Both the position numbers and the translations under genes were made by a program. The notes beneath the pieces were generated by a model. The model worked only from the letters and a program-made list of their open reading frames with translations. It had not been told where the DNA came from and did no database searches. Positions 63,417-64,000 of a stretch of DNA of 64,000 nt are shown here, piece by piece; within the stretch, counting starts at the first letter, position 1; the number at the start of each line of letters is the position of its first letter. The DNA is from a virus, in IMG/VR virus record IMGVR_UViG_2919361683_000002, positions 81,711 to 145,710 of that record; one strand, given 5' to 3'.

Positions 63417-63878
63417 ATGAATTATGGTGTTAGAGATATTATTGAGCTACATGTGTTTGATGAGGCTGGGAATTTTGTTTCAACTATCAGTTCCTTAAAA
63501 AAGGGGAGCATAAGTGTAGTAAATAGAACGATCAGAGTTAAAGACGCTCTGTTGAATGGCGACATGCTCAAGTTTCTAAATAAATCGGAAGACACGAAGT
63601 CAGATTATGATAAGTTCTTTAGTAAAACTCAAAATTGTGAAACCATAGTTTTTAATCGTAGGGTTGTCAATTGTAAACTTATAGCTGAAGGTTTTTATAG
63701 AAAACAAGAAAATCAAGAAGATATTCTAGTACAATATGAAATACCAAAGTGCAGTATTGTAAGTGCTTATAACTTCAACCATTCTTATATTGGCGATGCA
63801 GATGAGTTTGATTATGTATTTGAAATAAAAGAGTTTAATGAAGAAGGCGATTTATTCAAGCTTCATATTGAGAAGTAA
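63417..63878 (+). CDS. Hypothetical protein with weak resemblance to SPbeta-like tail-tube proteins
   Basis: MNYGVRDI..., VKDALL, GDADEFDYVFEI. Confidence 0.35.
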   Translation: MNYGVRDIIELHVFDEAGNFVSTISSLKKGSISVVNRTIRVKDALLNGDMLKFLNKSEDTKSDYDKFFSKTQNCETIVFNRRVVNCKLIAEGFYRKQENQEDILVQYEIPKCSIVSAYNFNHSYIGDADEFDYVFEIKEFNEEGDLFKLHIEK

Positions 63879-64000
63879 TACATAGCATTTTAGATAAAAC
63901 AGTTCTTTTACGTAGACAAAGGAGAGATAAAAGTTGGAGAAGATTGATATCAAAATTGAAAATAATAAGCTATTTATAAAGGCAGATAAAGAAATGTGTA

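Larger units (their letters stand above)
2074..63910. repeat. Dispersed intergenic palindrome TAAAA-N6-TTTTA (at least 33 exact copies plus about 20 one/two-mismatch variants)
   Basis: Read directly, e.g. 2074, 4014, 9124, 24762, 29169, 29623, 30152, 32107, 42033, 51874, 62121, 63895. Confidence 0.9.
1..64000. mobile_element. Part of a large SPbeta-like temperate phage/prophage (regulation, replication and accessory region)
   Basis: Dense, mostly co-oriented short ORFs. Antirepressor, Gp157, YopQ/YopR-like pair, and YorF-G-H-I-J-K-like replication genes in SPbeta-like order. Confidence 0.88.

Noticed and set aside
2074-63910. CRISPR interpretation of the repeated palindrome
   Set aside because: Only 10 bp are conserved, and the intervals are whole genes of variable length, not 30-40 bp spacers.
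2074-63910. Tn916-type target/junction sites
   Set aside because: Those have T-tract-N6-A-tract polarity, opposite to this motif, and no Tn916 genes are present.
1-64000. Many antisense or overlapping ORFs in the track (e.g. 511-699, 894-1100, 17891-18196, 19952-20714, 48754-49488, 30414-30698)
   Set aside because: They are shadows of well-supported genes on the other strand or frame, lack RBSs and have no recognisable motifs.

Overview
This 64 kb AT-rich window is the regulatory, DNA-replication and accessory (early) part of a large temperate SPbeta-like phage or prophage. The host is probably a spore-forming Paenibacillaceae; this is inferred from gene content, not proven. No head or terminase module, integrase/att site, rRNA or CRISPR array is visible. 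Recognisable core genes: antirepressor; RsfA-like regulator; orphan MazF/PemK; a YopQ-like (DGQHR/DndB) plus YopR/MrpR-like repressor pair; tRNA(CAU); YorF/YorG-like genes; 3D-domain protein; dNTP-pool enzymes; ATP-dependent ligase; DnaB-like helicase; primase; RecJ. Two features stand out. (1) A complete agr-type peptide-signalling operon (multi-TM protein with no kinase domain, AgrB, an unannotated 39-aa AgrD, LytTR-only regulator) lies directly behind the SPbeta-type repressor, and no aimR/aimP appears in the window. (2) A 16-bp palindrome, TAAAA-N6-TTTTA, occurs at least 33 times exactly plus about 20 variants, almost always at gene boundaries. It brackets individual accessory genes, including self-contained reverse-oriented units, like a gene-cassette array. 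Functional calls come from motif recognition by eye; no database search was run.
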